A stretch of 63,884 nucleotides of DNA, filler included, from 8 parts of 8 records of this genome joined end to end with filler, not necessarily neighbours in it, one strand, 5' to 3'; counted from the whole stretch's first letter, positions 53,202-63,765 are shown. A program made the numbers and translations. Notes: a model not told the origin generated them from the letters alone.

Positions 53202-53239
53202 ATTCACAATACCAAAACGTAATATTCACAATACCAAAA
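53202..53239. repeat. 16-bp direct repeat upstream of the SLT-flgB-flgC unit
   Basis: ATTCACAATACCAAAA at 53202 and 53224; degenerate third copy at 53245. Confidence 0.7.
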
Positions 53240-53321
53240 AAATCATTCATAGTATTCATTATTTAATCACCATATTCTGTCACAATATAACAACAAAATT
53301 GCCATTTTTTACTTTTTTCGC

Positions 53322-53345
53322 AAAAAAATAGCCTAACGGCTATTT
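53322..53345 (-). terminator. Rho-independent terminator after yaaR-like gene
   Basis: AAATAGCC-GTTA-GGCTATTT plus T-tract on minus strand. Confidence 0.75.
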
Positions 53346-53353
53346 AGCGTTTT

Positions 53354-53804
53354 TTATATAAACAAATCAATAAGCAATCCTCGGATATCCTCCACATCCT
53401 GTAAAATTTTTAAATTATCACGTTGATCGTTCAAAAACTCTTTTGCCATATCATCTAACTTGGAATTAACTTTATTAACCACCGCATATATCCTATGCCT
53501 TCCTCTAGTATCCATAGTATTTTTTTGAAAACTCGTAAGCATTGCTTACAACCTCGTGCATTAAATCACTTACTAATTCGCGATATTTAATAAACTCCTT
53601 AATATCTGCCTTCTTACCAAGCTTTTCACCCTGTATGCAAACATCTTGAATCATGCTTTCAATATGTTTTTTATAAAAATCCTCAGAAAGATTGCTTAGC
53701 TGACGATTAAACATTTGCACCGTACCTGAATTAACTCGGGCCGTATCGTTGCTTTCAATATTTTGCCTATCTATCACGCTTGAATTAATATCAGCAACTC
53801 TCAT
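53354..53804 (-). CDS. YaaR/DUF327 family protein; frameshift in A-run near 53523
   Basis: QGEKL...YRELV, RGRHRIY, EDIRGLLIDL. Confidence 0.8.
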
Positions 53805-53827
53805 AAAAACGTCCTTTCGCTATCTCA

Positions 53828-54241
53828 TTACTTTCTCTTGTCAAAATACATTCCGTCTAATTGTCTCACATTCCTAATATAAGCTTTCATCCCCTGCTTA
53901 TGTTTTCCTAAGGCACGAAGATTCTCTTTATACTTATTATGTTTTGCCAGAGCAAGCTTCTTATTGCAATCATCAAAATTCTGGATTTTTTTGCCAACTA
54001 CTCTAATACTTTCTTTTATAGAATCAAGCTCACTGCTGCTAAGCGCTTCGACTTCACATAAACGCTTCTCTAAATCATCTACTTGATTCATCCAATTTTG
54101 TCTGCGTAAAAGCAATTTTTCAACACGGTGAGTATCCTCTTTTGATATTGACTTAGACATTTCAAGGGTAAGTAGATAAATTGCCTGTACAGCCTGCTCC
54201 TTCTTTTTCCATAATTGAATTGCATCCACTTTATCATTCAT
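53828..54241 (-). CDS. FliT/FlgN-like flagellar chaperone
   Basis: Helical 137 aa protein after fliS; LL.RRQ..M..VD motif; C-terminal YFDKRK. Confidence 0.6.
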   Translation of the reverse strand: MNDKVDAIQLWKKKEQAVQAIYLLTLEMSKSISKEDTHRVEKLLLRRQNWMNQVDDLEKRLCEVEALSSSELDSIKESIRVVGKKIQNFDDCNKKLALAKHNKYKENLRALGKHKQGMKAYIRNVRQLDGMYFDKRK

Positions 54242-54257
54242 ATCACATACACATCTA

Positions 54258-54647
54258 CTATTTAGCTGATGACACAGCTGAGTTTGTCTTAATTGCCGTC
54301 CATGACGATTTTAAATCCACTAACACTTCAATAACCGCATCTACTTCATCGCTCGCCTTGCTCACATTTATGTCCATAATCTTCCACTGGACGTACTCAT
54401 ACAAACGCATTAGTTCTCCAGAAATTTCATATCTAAAATCTAAACTAGCCATAAGCTCAGTTACAATGCTCTGCGCCTTTTGAAATGCAGCATTAGCAGA
54501 CTGATAATCGTTTTCTTCTATAGATAATTTCCCTAACTTAAGCTGACGAACACATCCGTCATATAACATTATTACAAGTTCTAGGGGACTTGCTGTTAAT
54601 ACAGACTGCCTTTGATACGTTTGATACGCAGTTTTAATCCCTGCCAT
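54258..54647 (-). CDS. fliS: Flagellin chaperone FliS
   Basis: TASPLELVIMLYDG, KAQSIVTELMASLD, LYEY; RBS before ATG 54647. Confidence 0.95.
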   Translation of the reverse strand: MAGIKTAYQTYQRQSVLTASPLELVIMLYDGCVRQLKLGKLSIEENDYQSANAAFQKAQSIVTELMASLDFRYEISGELMRLYEYVQWKIMDINVSKASDEVDAVIEVLVDLKSSWTAIKTNSAVSSAK

Positions 54648-54666
54648 ACTTCCCTCCCGAAAATCC

Positions 54667-56193
54667 CTAATAACTATTAGATAACATATTTGATAACCAC
54701 TCACTCTGAGCATTCATTGTTGATAACGCTTGCTCCATAGCAGTAAACTGAGCATAATATCGTTCTTCATTTTCTGACATCAACCGCTCAAGCGATTCCA
54801 TCTTATCTTCTATATCCGAAATTTTCCTCTCCGTATGTTCCACAGATATAGATTGCGTATCCGAAATATATGTGTTTGCAATGTCATTTATCCTTTGCAT
54901 AAGCCCAGACTCTGCAAACTTAGTTTCTCCCGTTTCGTCAGAAGATTGTGTAAACATCTGCACTATCTTATCAGGATTTTTAGTTATTGCTTCCCTAAGT
55001 GTGGTTTCATCCAACTCAATCTTACCATAATTATAATAGTCGCCTGTTTCCATTCCAATTTCTGCTAACGACAAACCTGTACCTTCAACTACAGTTGAAA
55101 ACGCTAACCTAAACTGACTTAGCATTGATGAAATATCATTATCACTTCGCAAAACGCCGCTCTTAGCTTTTTCTTCCCATGTCTCGATTTCAGTATCGGT
55201 CATCTCATCTTTCTGTTCATCTGTAAGAGGATCATAGTCAAAATATTTATCCTCTGAAATCTTACCATTGTATTTATCTATCAGCGCATTGTAATCATCT
55301 ATAAACGCTGAAATCTTATCAACAACAGTATCAACGTCTTGCGTTACAGTAAAGCTAACGGACGATGTTGTTTCACTTTGTAAATTGTACTGTATTCCAT
55401 CAATAACAAAATTATTACTGTCTCGTGAAACGTCTGTGCCATTTATCTTTAACGCTGCATTTTCACCATTATTATAAACGCCTTCATCAATACCTAATGC
55501 GCTTGATCCTGCACTAAACATATTGCCCGTAACATTCGTTATGCTAAGTTCAGAGTCGTCTCCAAGATCACATGATTCCAATTTAAACGAATTTGTAAGT
55601 TGACTATAACTTATCTTAACATTTGCTTGTTCATCATTATTAATGACATTCATCATGTCCTGTAATGTGTCATCCTCATAAAAATAGAACGTTTGGTCAT
55701 TTATAGTAAACGAAACCTCACCTGCTGAAAAATCTATCGACGTAGCTAAATCTAAGTCAGATAAATATACATTACAGTTCGAAATCCCTTCACCATTTGC
55801 AATGCCCGTATCACCCTCAGCATTTGCCCCACAAGCCAAATTAGTTATCTCATTAACTACCATATTCCCAGCAGTAGCATTTGGCCCAGCTGTAACTTTT
55901 AATATCCCCTTGTAATCATCGAGATAATCCACTTGATTTACTTTAAGAGCAGATTCTGACCAAAGGTTATCATCGCTTAATACACTCATATATTTTTGTG
56001 TAAACGCTTTGATGTCAGTCTTTACTTCTTTATAGGCTTCAAGTTTCCATTCTAATTTCTCTTTTGCCTTAAATTGATTATCTATTTTCGTTTGTTCAAT
56101 ATTTAATAATTCTTTTACAATCGTATCGGTATCCATACCTGAACTAAGCCCGGTCAATCGAATCGACGGAGAATTAACGCTTGATACACTCAT
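54667..56193 (-). CDS. fliD: Flagellar filament cap FliD
   Basis: RLTGLSSGMDT, YDPLTDEQK..M...EI..WEEKAKSG.LRSD, YYAQFTAMEQALSTMNAQ. Confidence 0.96.
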   Translation of the reverse strand: MSVSSVNSPSIRLTGLSSGMDTDTIVKELLNIEQTKIDNQFKAKEKLEWKLEAYKEVKTDIKAFTQKYMSVLSDDNLWSESALKVNQVDYLDDYKGILKVTAGPNATAGNMVVNEITNLACGANAEGDTGIANGEGISNCNVYLSDLDLATSIDFSAGEVSFTINDQTFYFYEDDTLQDMMNVINNDEQANVKISYSQLTNSFKLESCDLGDDSELSITNVTGNMFSAGSSALGIDEGVYNNGENAALKINGTDVSRDSNNFVIDGIQYNLQSETTSSVSFTVTQDVDTVVDKISAFIDDYNALIDKYNGKISEDKYFDYDPLTDEQKDEMTDTEIETWEEKAKSGVLRSDNDISSMLSQFRLAFSTVVEGTGLSLAEIGMETGDYYNYGKIELDETTLREAITKNPDKIVQMFTQSSDETGETKFAESGLMQRINDIANTYISDTQSISVEHTERKISDIEDKMESLERLMSENEERYYAQFTAMEQALSTMNAQSEWLSNMLSNSY

Positions 56194-56237
56194 TATTCAC
56201 ACCTACTTTCATAACAAAATCGTTATTTCTACTATAT

Positions 56238-56264
56238 TAATCGATATTTCACTGGAAAACATTA
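56238..56264 (-). promoter_or_regulatory. Putative sigma28 (SigD) promoter for fliD
   Basis: TAAT-N15-ATCGATTA versus consensus TAAA-N15-GCCGATAA. Confidence 0.55.
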
Positions 56265-56279
56265 AGCTATAAATATCAT

Positions 56280-57224
56280 CTATTCGTGAACAAAATACCG
56301 AACTTTTTCCATAGCGTTATCTGAAAAAACATCGGTAATATACGCATAATCATGTAAACTACTGCCAGCCTGCGAAATAGTAACCCCTTTTTCTGAATTG
56401 TAACCACCATTTGCCGACGGACACACCATTTGTACGTGCCCATGACCGCTGCTGTTTTTATATGTTGTAACTGCAGGATGACCTTGGTTAGCATACGCCT
56501 GAGCCTGCTCTGCGCTCACTTCTTTCCAACCATACGCTTCTCCTGATGTAGTCAGCCAATCCTGCATTTTATTAGCAGTCATGTAATCAGCACCTTCAAC
56601 ATCTGGATAACTAAGGGCTTGTCCCGTTTCGCTATCATAATAATGAGGAATCTCCGCACCCATAGCTTTTGTTACATCCCAAACATAAATATTGCAATAT
56701 GTGTCCCCTTGCCCATTTTTATTTACTTGATAACGCTCATTATTTTCAACATCAAACTGATTAATTACACTACTGTAATTACTAGCACTTCGATTATTTG
56801 AATAATTAACAATAGCAGGAGATGACGGTTTATATGATTCCGAAGGGATACTAGAACTGCTATAAGAGCTAGTTTGATTATTCGAATATAAACCATATGC
56901 AGAGTATCCTATAGACGTCGGTTGAGCAGACAACGAATAAGAATTTAACGTTGATGTCGAATAACTCTGACTCTGATTATTCATAAGCGTTAACAAGCTG
57001 GAGCTTATACTATCGCTACTACTTGCTTGACTCGTTCCAAATAACGAAGAGCCCATGCCCATCAGCGTTTCATTACTGCTTAATTGACTTAACAAAATCA
57101 TCTCCATTATTTGAGAAAAATCATTGCTAACATCGCTGTCATTCTGTGTACTCTCTATCCTCGCCTTCATCAAACTTTGCAATATTATGCTGTTTAATCC
57201 GACTCCTGATAAAATATCGTCCAT
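56280..57224 (-). CDS. Hypothetical protein with Ser-rich linker and papain-like Cys/His (CHAP/NlpC-like) domain
   Basis: TYCNIYVWDV (Cys), ANKMQDW, GHGHVQMV (His), ISQAG. Confidence 0.65.
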   Translation of the reverse strand: MDDILSGVGLNSIILQSLMKARIESTQNDSDVSNDFSQIMEMILLSQLSSNETLMGMGSSLFGTSQASSSDSISSSLLTLMNNQSQSYSTSTLNSYSLSAQPTSIGYSAYGLYSNNQTSSYSSSSIPSESYKPSSPAIVNYSNNRSASNYSSVINQFDVENNERYQVNKNGQGDTYCNIYVWDVTKAMGAEIPHYYDSETGQALSYPDVEGADYMTANKMQDWLTTSGEAYGWKEVSAEQAQAYANQGHPAVTTYKNSSGHGHVQMVCPSANGGYNSEKGVTISQAGSSLHDYAYITDVFSDNAMEKVRYFVHE

Positions 57225-57251
57225 CTATAACCTCCGCAAAAATCGCCCTAT

Positions 57252-57542
57252 CTATCGTGATATTTTTTCTCCAAAATCATTATCTATGTCAGCGATAAAA
57301 ACCAATATCTTTGCTATCGCCTCATAAAGCTCAACTGGTATTACATCACCAATGTTCATCATACTTAATATATCGGTAGATTCTGTATCCTTCACCACTG
57401 GAATACTATTTTCACTTGCATTCTCAATGATTTTCTTAGCTACTTCACCCTCACCTAACGCTAAAATAGTGGGTATAGCTGTTTCTTCAGGATCATACCC
57501 TATCGCAACGGCTTTTGTGCGTTTTTCTTGTTGCTTTGCCAT
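57252..57542 (-). CDS. FlhB cytoplasmic-domain-like protein (YlqH/EscU family)
   Basis: KAVAIGYD...P...A.GEGEVA..II, IPVELYEAIA.IL.FI. Confidence 0.9.
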   Translation of the reverse strand: MAKQQEKRTKAVAIGYDPEETAIPTILALGEGEVAKKIIENASENSIPVVKDTESTDILSMMNIGDVIPVELYEAIAKILVFIADIDNDFGEKISR

Positions 57543-57543
57543 T

Positions 57544-58506
57544 CTAAATTACCACATCCAATCTTCGCATTCCATCAACAAAAGCATTCTCTAGCACTTC
57601 CACCGCAGTGTTTGGTGAAATAGGTTGCTTTATTAACCTACATCCTAGTCTAGTTAAATTATAGCCTTCGTTCTCGATCTCTCGATACAGCATAGCAACG
57701 TTTTGTTCTATAATATCAATTACTTCTTTTGTTTCTCCTCGAAGCTCAACCTGAATGTTTTTCCCTTTTGCTTTAACCAGTGTTTCAACCCGCCCTATAT
57801 TTTGAGTGCTAAGTGATAACATAATAGTTAATCCAGCGTCATTATTAGCTTTGGACTTGTTTTCATTCCTATGAAAAACATAAAGCTCTGCTGTTTGCTC
57901 AGTTTGATTCATAATAACCGGCAACTGCAAATACGTAAACTGCTGTATGCTATCGTTTAGGTTAGTAGTCTTTATTACATTTGACACCTCAACCTGTGCT
58001 AACCTAGCTTGATCACCCATAGAAATAAGTTCAGTTTCTACAACACTTAGCCTTTCACCAAGGGTATCTATATGTTGCTTCAATGTTTTTGCATCTACTG
58101 TAACTTTAGGACTTATTTCAACAAACGATTGCTTAATATTATTAATAATATCTTGCTTATTGAATTGATTAATCTCTGTTGGTTTAACGTTTTTGGTATT
58201 ACCATTCTCCTCAATTGCAGCTGAATTTTCAACATTTGAATCAGTTTGTGTAGTTTTAGGTTTAGCTAGATTCAGATCCTTATCAATACTATTGCTCTTA
58301 ACAACATCAACGTTTTTTACTTCTACTTCAGCTTTTTGTTTAACGTTATTACTCTTAATATTTATATCACGACTAAACTCGCCAACTGATGTACTCAATT
58401 TAGGTCTAGTTTGAATCACCTTACTATTATCACTATTTTGAGTTTGCTGTTCACTCTCTGACAACGTTACGCCGTCTGTTTTGGTGTTTACAGTTTTATC
58501 CGCATC
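57544..58506 (-). CDS. FliK-like hook-length control protein, C-terminal part (contig-truncated)
   Basis: Low-complexity N-part open to contig edge; YLQLP, AELYV, LSTQNIGRVE, RRLDVVI; precedes FlhB-like gene. Confidence 0.7.
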   Translation of the reverse strand, partial: DADKTVNTKTDGVTLSESEQQTQNSDNSKVIQTRPKLSTSVGEFSRDINIKSNNVKQKAEVEVKNVDVVKSNSIDKDLNLAKPKTTQTDSNVENSAAIEENGNTKNVKPTEINQFNKQDIINNIKQSFVEISPKVTVDAKTLKQHIDTLGERLSVVETELISMGDQARLAQVEVSNVIKTTNLNDSIQQFTYLQLPVIMNQTEQTAELYVFHRNENKSKANNDAGLTIMLSLSTQNIGRVETLVKAKGKNIQVELRGETKEVIDIIEQNVAMLYREIENEGYNLTRLGCRLIKQPISPNTAVEVLENAFVDGMRRLDVVI

Positions 58507-58606
58507 NNNNNNNNNNNNNNNNNNNNNNNNNNNNNNNNNNNNNNNNNNNNTTAATTAATTAANNNNNNNNNNNNNNNNNNNNNNNNNNNNNNNNNNNNNN
58601 NNNNNN

Positions 58607-60025
58607 AAAGAAAAAGAATATCTTGAAATTTTACATCACCTGGGATTGGCAAAGTTGAAACAACAAAATGAAGAGATGATGGCCAATATGAAAATTCTTG
58701 ACCGTCCACAATTGCCAATCGATGCAGAGCCTACTAAAAGTAAGTTGTTTATAATTATTATTGGTGTCTTTTCTTTTATTTTCACTCTATTGGGAATTGT
58801 TGTTTTTGAATTACTGAACCGTACTATTAAAACTCCAAGAAAGCTGGAGGAAATAACTAAACTAAAAGTTGCCGGTGCTTATGTTTTTGAGAAATATTAT
58901 AAAGGAATAGATGTTCAATTATTAAATAGAATTGGATTAAAGTCGGTAATTGAGGCTATTGTAAGTAACAGGAGTAAGTTTGATAATAACCCTATAATTA
59001 TTCAGTTTGTAAGCCATTGGCAGGCAGAAGGAAAAACCTTTCTTCTTCAATCTATAGAAAAACTGCTAAAAACGATGGGGTATACAACAGCTACCCTACA
59101 GTTTCATGGTAGTGAGCAAAATCCTGTTTGGTCCAAGCAAGTTTACGATGCAAAATCGTATCATGACTTAAGGCAGAACGATGAGAACGGTTCAAATTCT
59201 GATATTATGTTGGTAGAGGTGCCTGCAGTTTCAAATAAGGCATTTAATACTTCGCTTCTAAAAACGGCCAATCTTACCTATTTTATTGCCGATGCACGTA
59301 GAAACTGGATAGCTGCCGATGATTTTATGTTTATTAAACTGAAAGAACAAATACCTGCAAATTTTGAGTGTATTTTAAATAATGTACATCCTGATGAGAT
59401 GGCTGATATTGTTGGGGAAGTTCCCAAGAAACGGTCATGGATAAGGAGGTTTGTTAAAGGTTTAATATTTGGCAAAGTTCGTACCGGAAATAATTATTCA
59501 GATATTGAAACAAACAAGAAGAATTCTTATAAGAAGTACTATTATTTATTGATAATTGCTTTAATAATATCATTGGGAGTAGTCGGTTTCAAACTTGAAA
59601 TATTCGATGGTGCAAATTTTAATTCAGCTTCACATTCTTCATTCAGTACGGAAATGAAAACTCCGGTGGCGGACTCTCCAGTCATCATCACACCGTCTGA
59701 GATAAAAGACATTGTAGTTAAATCATCTGCAAATTCTCCAGTTGATACGAGTGAAGAAAGTGGTATTAAGTTAAACGATATAACTGCCGAAGAGGCTAGT
59801 ACTAAGAGGTATTATATTATAGCAGGTAGTTTCTCCGACTATGAAAGCGCTTTGTTAGCACAGGAAAAGTTTAGCTCAAAAGGCTTTACTCCTGAAATAC
59901 TTAATAACTCAAATAATAAGTATAGAGTAGCGTTAAGCTCTTTTGATAATAATCAGTCTGCTTTAAGTGAAGTTAAAAGATTACAGGAGTCAGGTTCAGA
60001 TCCAGTTTGGATATTAAACCAATAA
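58607..60025 (+). CDS. Wzc/GumC-like polysaccharide co-polymerase C-terminus fused to TM helix and SPOR domain (contig-truncated)
   Basis: Coiled coil, TM, TIKTP, degenerate Walker A SHWQAEGKT; second TM; RYYIIAGSFS...YRVALSSF SPOR motif. Confidence 0.75.
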   Translation, partial: KEKEYLEILHHLGLAKLKQQNEEMMANMKILDRPQLPIDAEPTKSKLFIIIIGVFSFIFTLLGIVVFELLNRTIKTPRKLEEITKLKVAGAYVFEKYYKGIDVQLLNRIGLKSVIEAIVSNRSKFDNNPIIIQFVSHWQAEGKTFLLQSIEKLLKTMGYTTATLQFHGSEQNPVWSKQVYDAKSYHDLRQNDENGSNSDIMLVEVPAVSNKAFNTSLLKTANLTYFIADARRNWIAADDFMFIKLKEQIPANFECILNNVHPDEMADIVGEVPKKRSWIRRFVKGLIFGKVRTGNNYSDIETNKKNSYKKYYYLLIIALIISLGVVGFKLEIFDGANFNSASHSSFSTEMKTPVADSPVIITPSEIKDIVVKSSANSPVDTSEESGIKLNDITAEEASTKRYYIIAGSFSDYESALLAQEKFSSKGFTPEILNNSNNKYRVALSSFDNNQSALSEVKRLQESGSDPVWILNQ

Positions 60026-60028
60026 CAA

Positions 60029-61417
60029 TTGAATATCATGATAAAGAAGATATTAAATCAAGCAACAGGATCAGGTAATTTACATTCTCTTTTAGGGAAT
60101 GTAATTTTTGCAGTGTTCAGTTTCACTACTTTTCTAATTATGGTTCGGACATTGGATAAAGCCCTTTTTGGGCAGTGGGTGTTATTTGTAACAATGGCAT
60201 CGTTACTGGATATGTTGAGGCTGGGGCTTACTGGTACTGCGGCTATTCGATTATTATCCAGAAGTGGTGGAGATGATGAAAAAAGAGTTGGAGCAGCATC
60301 GTATCAATTAGGAATTGGAGTGTCAGTAGCAATTTCAATTCTATTTTTAACCATTTACTATTTTGTACATAACTCAATTCCCAACAGCTATTATTTACCT
60401 GTTTTGTTATTCTATCCTTTGCTGGCATTTGTTAATCTTCCTTTTTATCAGGCAACTGTTTTGGCGCAAGGGAAAGTGAATTTTAAGCGTGTAATGATAC
60501 TGAGGATTATTAGTGGAGCAAGTACTCTTTTATTTGTTACAGGATATATTTTTGTGTTTGAAGCAACATTACATGGTGTTATAATTGTATATGTTTTTGC
60601 CAATACCCTGGCTAGTATTGTTGCTGTAATTGCTGGTTGGGATAATCTGAAATACATTCTCAATGGAAGTAAGAAAAAGATAATAGAGATCCTTCACTTC
60701 GGGAAATATTCAACCGCGAGCTTTGTAGGTAGTAGTTTATTGCGAAGTTCAGATACAATTATTCTTAGTATGGCTCCATTTCTGGGCGCTGAAGCAATTG
60801 CCATTTATGCCATTCCACTTAAATTTGTTGAAGCTGTTGAAATACCATTGCGGAGTTTTACCGCAACAGCTTTCCCCCGGCTCTCAAAAGTATTAACTAC
60901 TGGTAAGAATCACTTTAAATCAATGCTGCTCAATTATACATTCTTGTCAACTATAATTTTATTACCGGTTGTATTTGTGCTTTGTTTATTCCCAACTTTC
61001 TTTCTTGGATTAATTGGAGGAAGTGAGTACGCTGATTCGTTATCGGAACAGCGATCAATCTTGTATATAATATGTTTCTATATTTTAATGCTGCCACTCG
61101 ATCGCTATTCAGGGGTTGCTCTATTTGCAATTGATAAACCAAAACTTAATTTCTATAAAATTTCAATAATGCTTGGGGCGAATATTGTTTTTGATTGCCT
61201 CGCAGTATTTGTATTTCATTCTCTTATTTATGTCGCATTTGCAACACTCATTTTCACTATCTTAGGAATTTGTTTAGGTTGGCACATGATAACTCGGGAG
61301 TTCGAAACTGAATATAAATACTATACTCGTTTTTTTAAGAATAAGATGGAAAATTATATATACCTCATAAAATCATGCTTATACATAAGCAACAAAATAG
61401 AAAACCAAAAATATTAG
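60029..61417 (+). CDS. Wzx-type oligosaccharide flippase (likely start ATG 60038)
   Basis: Many TM helices; LFGQWVLF, FGKYS...LRSSDT, AIYAIP. Confidence 0.85.
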   Translation: MNIMIKKILNQATGSGNLHSLLGNVIFAVFSFTTFLIMVRTLDKALFGQWVLFVTMASLLDMLRLGLTGTAAIRLLSRSGGDDEKRVGAASYQLGIGVSVAISILFLTIYYFVHNSIPNSYYLPVLLFYPLLAFVNLPFYQATVLAQGKVNFKRVMILRIISGASTLLFVTGYIFVFEATLHGVIIVYVFANTLASIVAVIAGWDNLKYILNGSKKKIIEILHFGKYSTASFVGSSLLRSSDTIILSMAPFLGAEAIAIYAIPLKFVEAVEIPLRSFTATAFPRLSKVLTTGKNHFKSMLLNYTFLSTIILLPVVFVLCLFPTFFLGLIGGSEYADSLSEQRSILYIICFYILMLPLDRYSGVALFAIDKPKLNFYKISIMLGANIVFDCLAVFVFHSLIYVAFATLIFTILGICLGWHMITREFETEYKYYTRFFKNKMENYIYLIKSCLYISNKIENQKY

Positions 61418-62879
61418 CAACAATAATTGTTGTTGTACTATCATTGACCCTGCTTATTGCCATGTTTTTCTTTTTTAAGGGGCAACTAGAGTTTGGAATG
61501 GCATTGTTAATCGTTCCATTTGTTATTTTTCTTATTGCTGCAATATTTATGTATCCCCGATTGGGTCTTTTGTCAGCATTTGTTGCTAATTATTTTGCTT
61601 TAGGAATAGCCCGGTATGTACCTGCTCCTTTAGGCTTGCTGGTAGACTTTTTGGTGCTAACCTGGCTGGCAATTCTTTTTAGTCAGTTTAATAAAAAGGT
61701 AGAATGGAAAAATGCTTGGAACAGTTTTTCGCTTGTAGCAACAATTTGGTTTTTGTACACGCTTTTCCAGTTGTTTAATCCGGAAGCAGTTAGCCGTATA
61801 GCCTGGTTTTATGCAATGCGGGGAATTTCATTGTACATGTTGCTAGTTATACCTGTGATTTTTATTCTCTTTGATAAGCGGGAGTACTTTGAAAAAATGT
61901 TGCAAATTTGGGCTTGGTTTACACTCGTGGCAGTTGCAAAAGGGGCTATGCAAAAATTTTTAGGTCCAGATCCTTGGGAACAGCATTGGTTAGACACAAT
62001 TGGTGGAATAACCCATCTTTTATCACAAGGACTCAGGGTATTTTCTTTTTTTCTGATGCTGCAACTTATGGTGGATCAATGGCATTTTCGGCAGTTGTTT
62101 TTTCAATTGTCGGATTTCACACTGAAAATATCCGAACAAAATATTTCTACTATTTTGTAACAGGTATAGCCTTTTATGGGATGTTAATTTCAGGAACAAG
62201 GGGGCTATTGCAGTTCCTTTTGCCGGTTATGCATTGTATGCCATTTTAAGTAAAAAACTTAAAATTTTGGTTTTAGGAGCTATTTTGGGACTTAGTGTTT
62301 TTGCATTTTTAAAATTCACAACATTAGGAAACAGTGTTTATGAAATACGTAGGTTCAGGGGGGATTGATGCTGATAATGCTTCCTTGGTCGTAAGAAGGG
62401 AAAATCAGGAATTGCTAAAAGCTTATCTTGCCGACAAACCGTTTGGTGGCGGAATTGGCTCTGCTGGAAATTGGGGGATGCGGTTTTCTCCTGGTACATT
62501 TTTAGCTGAAACTCCTACCGATAGTTGGTTTGTGCAAATATGGGCTGAGCAGGGGAAGGTCGGATTATACCTTCATTTTGCAATTTTGCTTTTTATACTT
62601 TTAAAAAGTGGGCATATTATTATGTTTAGGCTGAAAGATACGGAGATGATTGGAAGAGGTGCAGCATTAAGTGCCGGAATGTTTGGTGTTATGGTAGCAT
62701 CATATGGTAGCAGTGCGTTTGGTCAAATGCCAAATGGTATTATTATTTATATGAGTATGTCTTTTATATTTTTAATGCAAGGCTGGGAGCAAAGAGCTAT
62801 TGAAAATGCGGTTAACTCCTTTTCGAAAAGTATTTCCCCCAATAGCTCTGATAAAAATATTAAGAACGACTTTAACTGA
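61375..62879 (+). CDS. O-antigen ligase/Wzy-like polymerase; three frameshifts (near 62050, 62202, 62350)
   Basis: Multi-TM; SGTRG, KPFGGGIG, PTDSWFVQIWAEQG.VGL across three ORFs. Confidence 0.8.
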
Positions 62880-63547
62880 TGACATGAATTCGTTTAGTTT
62901 GCTTTTTTCTGGAAAGAATTCACTTACCATATTTTCATCCCAATATCCGGTAAAAAACTTTAAATATTCCGGATCAGTCGGGTTTACAATAAAATCAATT
63001 GTATCTTCCCATTCATAACGCATGGTCATAAAGTTTGGCTTAGTGTCCATTAATACTTTATAACCAACAGAAGTTTTTTGTAGCCAGGTAAGAAAAGAAA
63101 ACCAAAATCTATTCCGGTTTTAAACCAATATTTTTCTTTTTCAACCATTACCAGTTTATTGTCAATTTCCAGCAAAAGCCATTTGTGTGATTTCTTTGGA
63201 AAAAGGTACTCTCCAATTAACGATGGAACTTCAATATAACCTCGTTTTGCAACACGCATTTGTTCTTCCAGAAATGCCTTGGGATTTTCAACATGTTCCA
63301 ATACTTGATTACATATCACATAGTCGAACTCATTATCTTTAAATGGCATGTTTTCGCCATCAGCTTGTAAAAATTGTTGGTGTTTCAGTACTTTAATATC
63401 ACTGTGACGATGATAATTGGAGTCGACAAATTTATCGACGACAACATTTGATCGTGGGTGAGGATTATGCCCTCCTCCAACTTCTAATACACGGTATTTA
63501 CGTTTAATATTTAGACAGTACCTGGATTTGGGATTAGTAGTTTTCAT
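62772..63547 (-). CDS. Class I SAM-dependent methyltransferase; frameshift near 63095
   Basis: VLEVGGG, ADGENMPFKDNEFDYVICNQVLEHV; continues into ORF 62772-63050. Confidence 0.8.
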
Positions 63548-63720
63548 CCTTATTATTTTGTATATCAATATACAGCTTTTCTAAAATGAAATCAAAAAAC
63601 TTTTCTACTCTTCATTTTTGATTTATTATGATTATTTCCTCTTCACTTTTGAAGAGTACTTGATGTGGAAATATTTGCGTGTTGGTGTTATCTCGTTGGT
63701 ATTTAGGTTTTTGTTGTGTT

Positions 63721-63736
63721 TGGCATAGCTGTTGAA
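63721..63736 (+). promoter_or_regulatory. Candidate sigma54-type promoter for ugd
   Basis: TGGCAT-AGCTG-TTGAA (GA instead of GC at -12), 30 nt before ATG. Confidence 0.4.
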
Positions 63737-63765
63737 ATTGTTACTTCATAATAAAATTGAAAAAT

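Noticed and set aside
11297-58606. Seven identical TTAATTAATTAA motifs in N-runs, and ORFs that run into them
   Set aside because: Artificial concatenation spacers; not biological repeats, and no gene context can be read across them.
5731-63547. Split genes (GH43, GH28, sigma54 activator, sppA, sialidase, ceramidase, yaaR, wzy x3, methyltransferase) as programmed frameshifting, phase variation or pseudogenes
   Set aside because: Breaks are single-base indels at short homopolymer runs, spread over unrelated contigs and including conserved genes, which points to sequencing error. Read-level checks would settle it.
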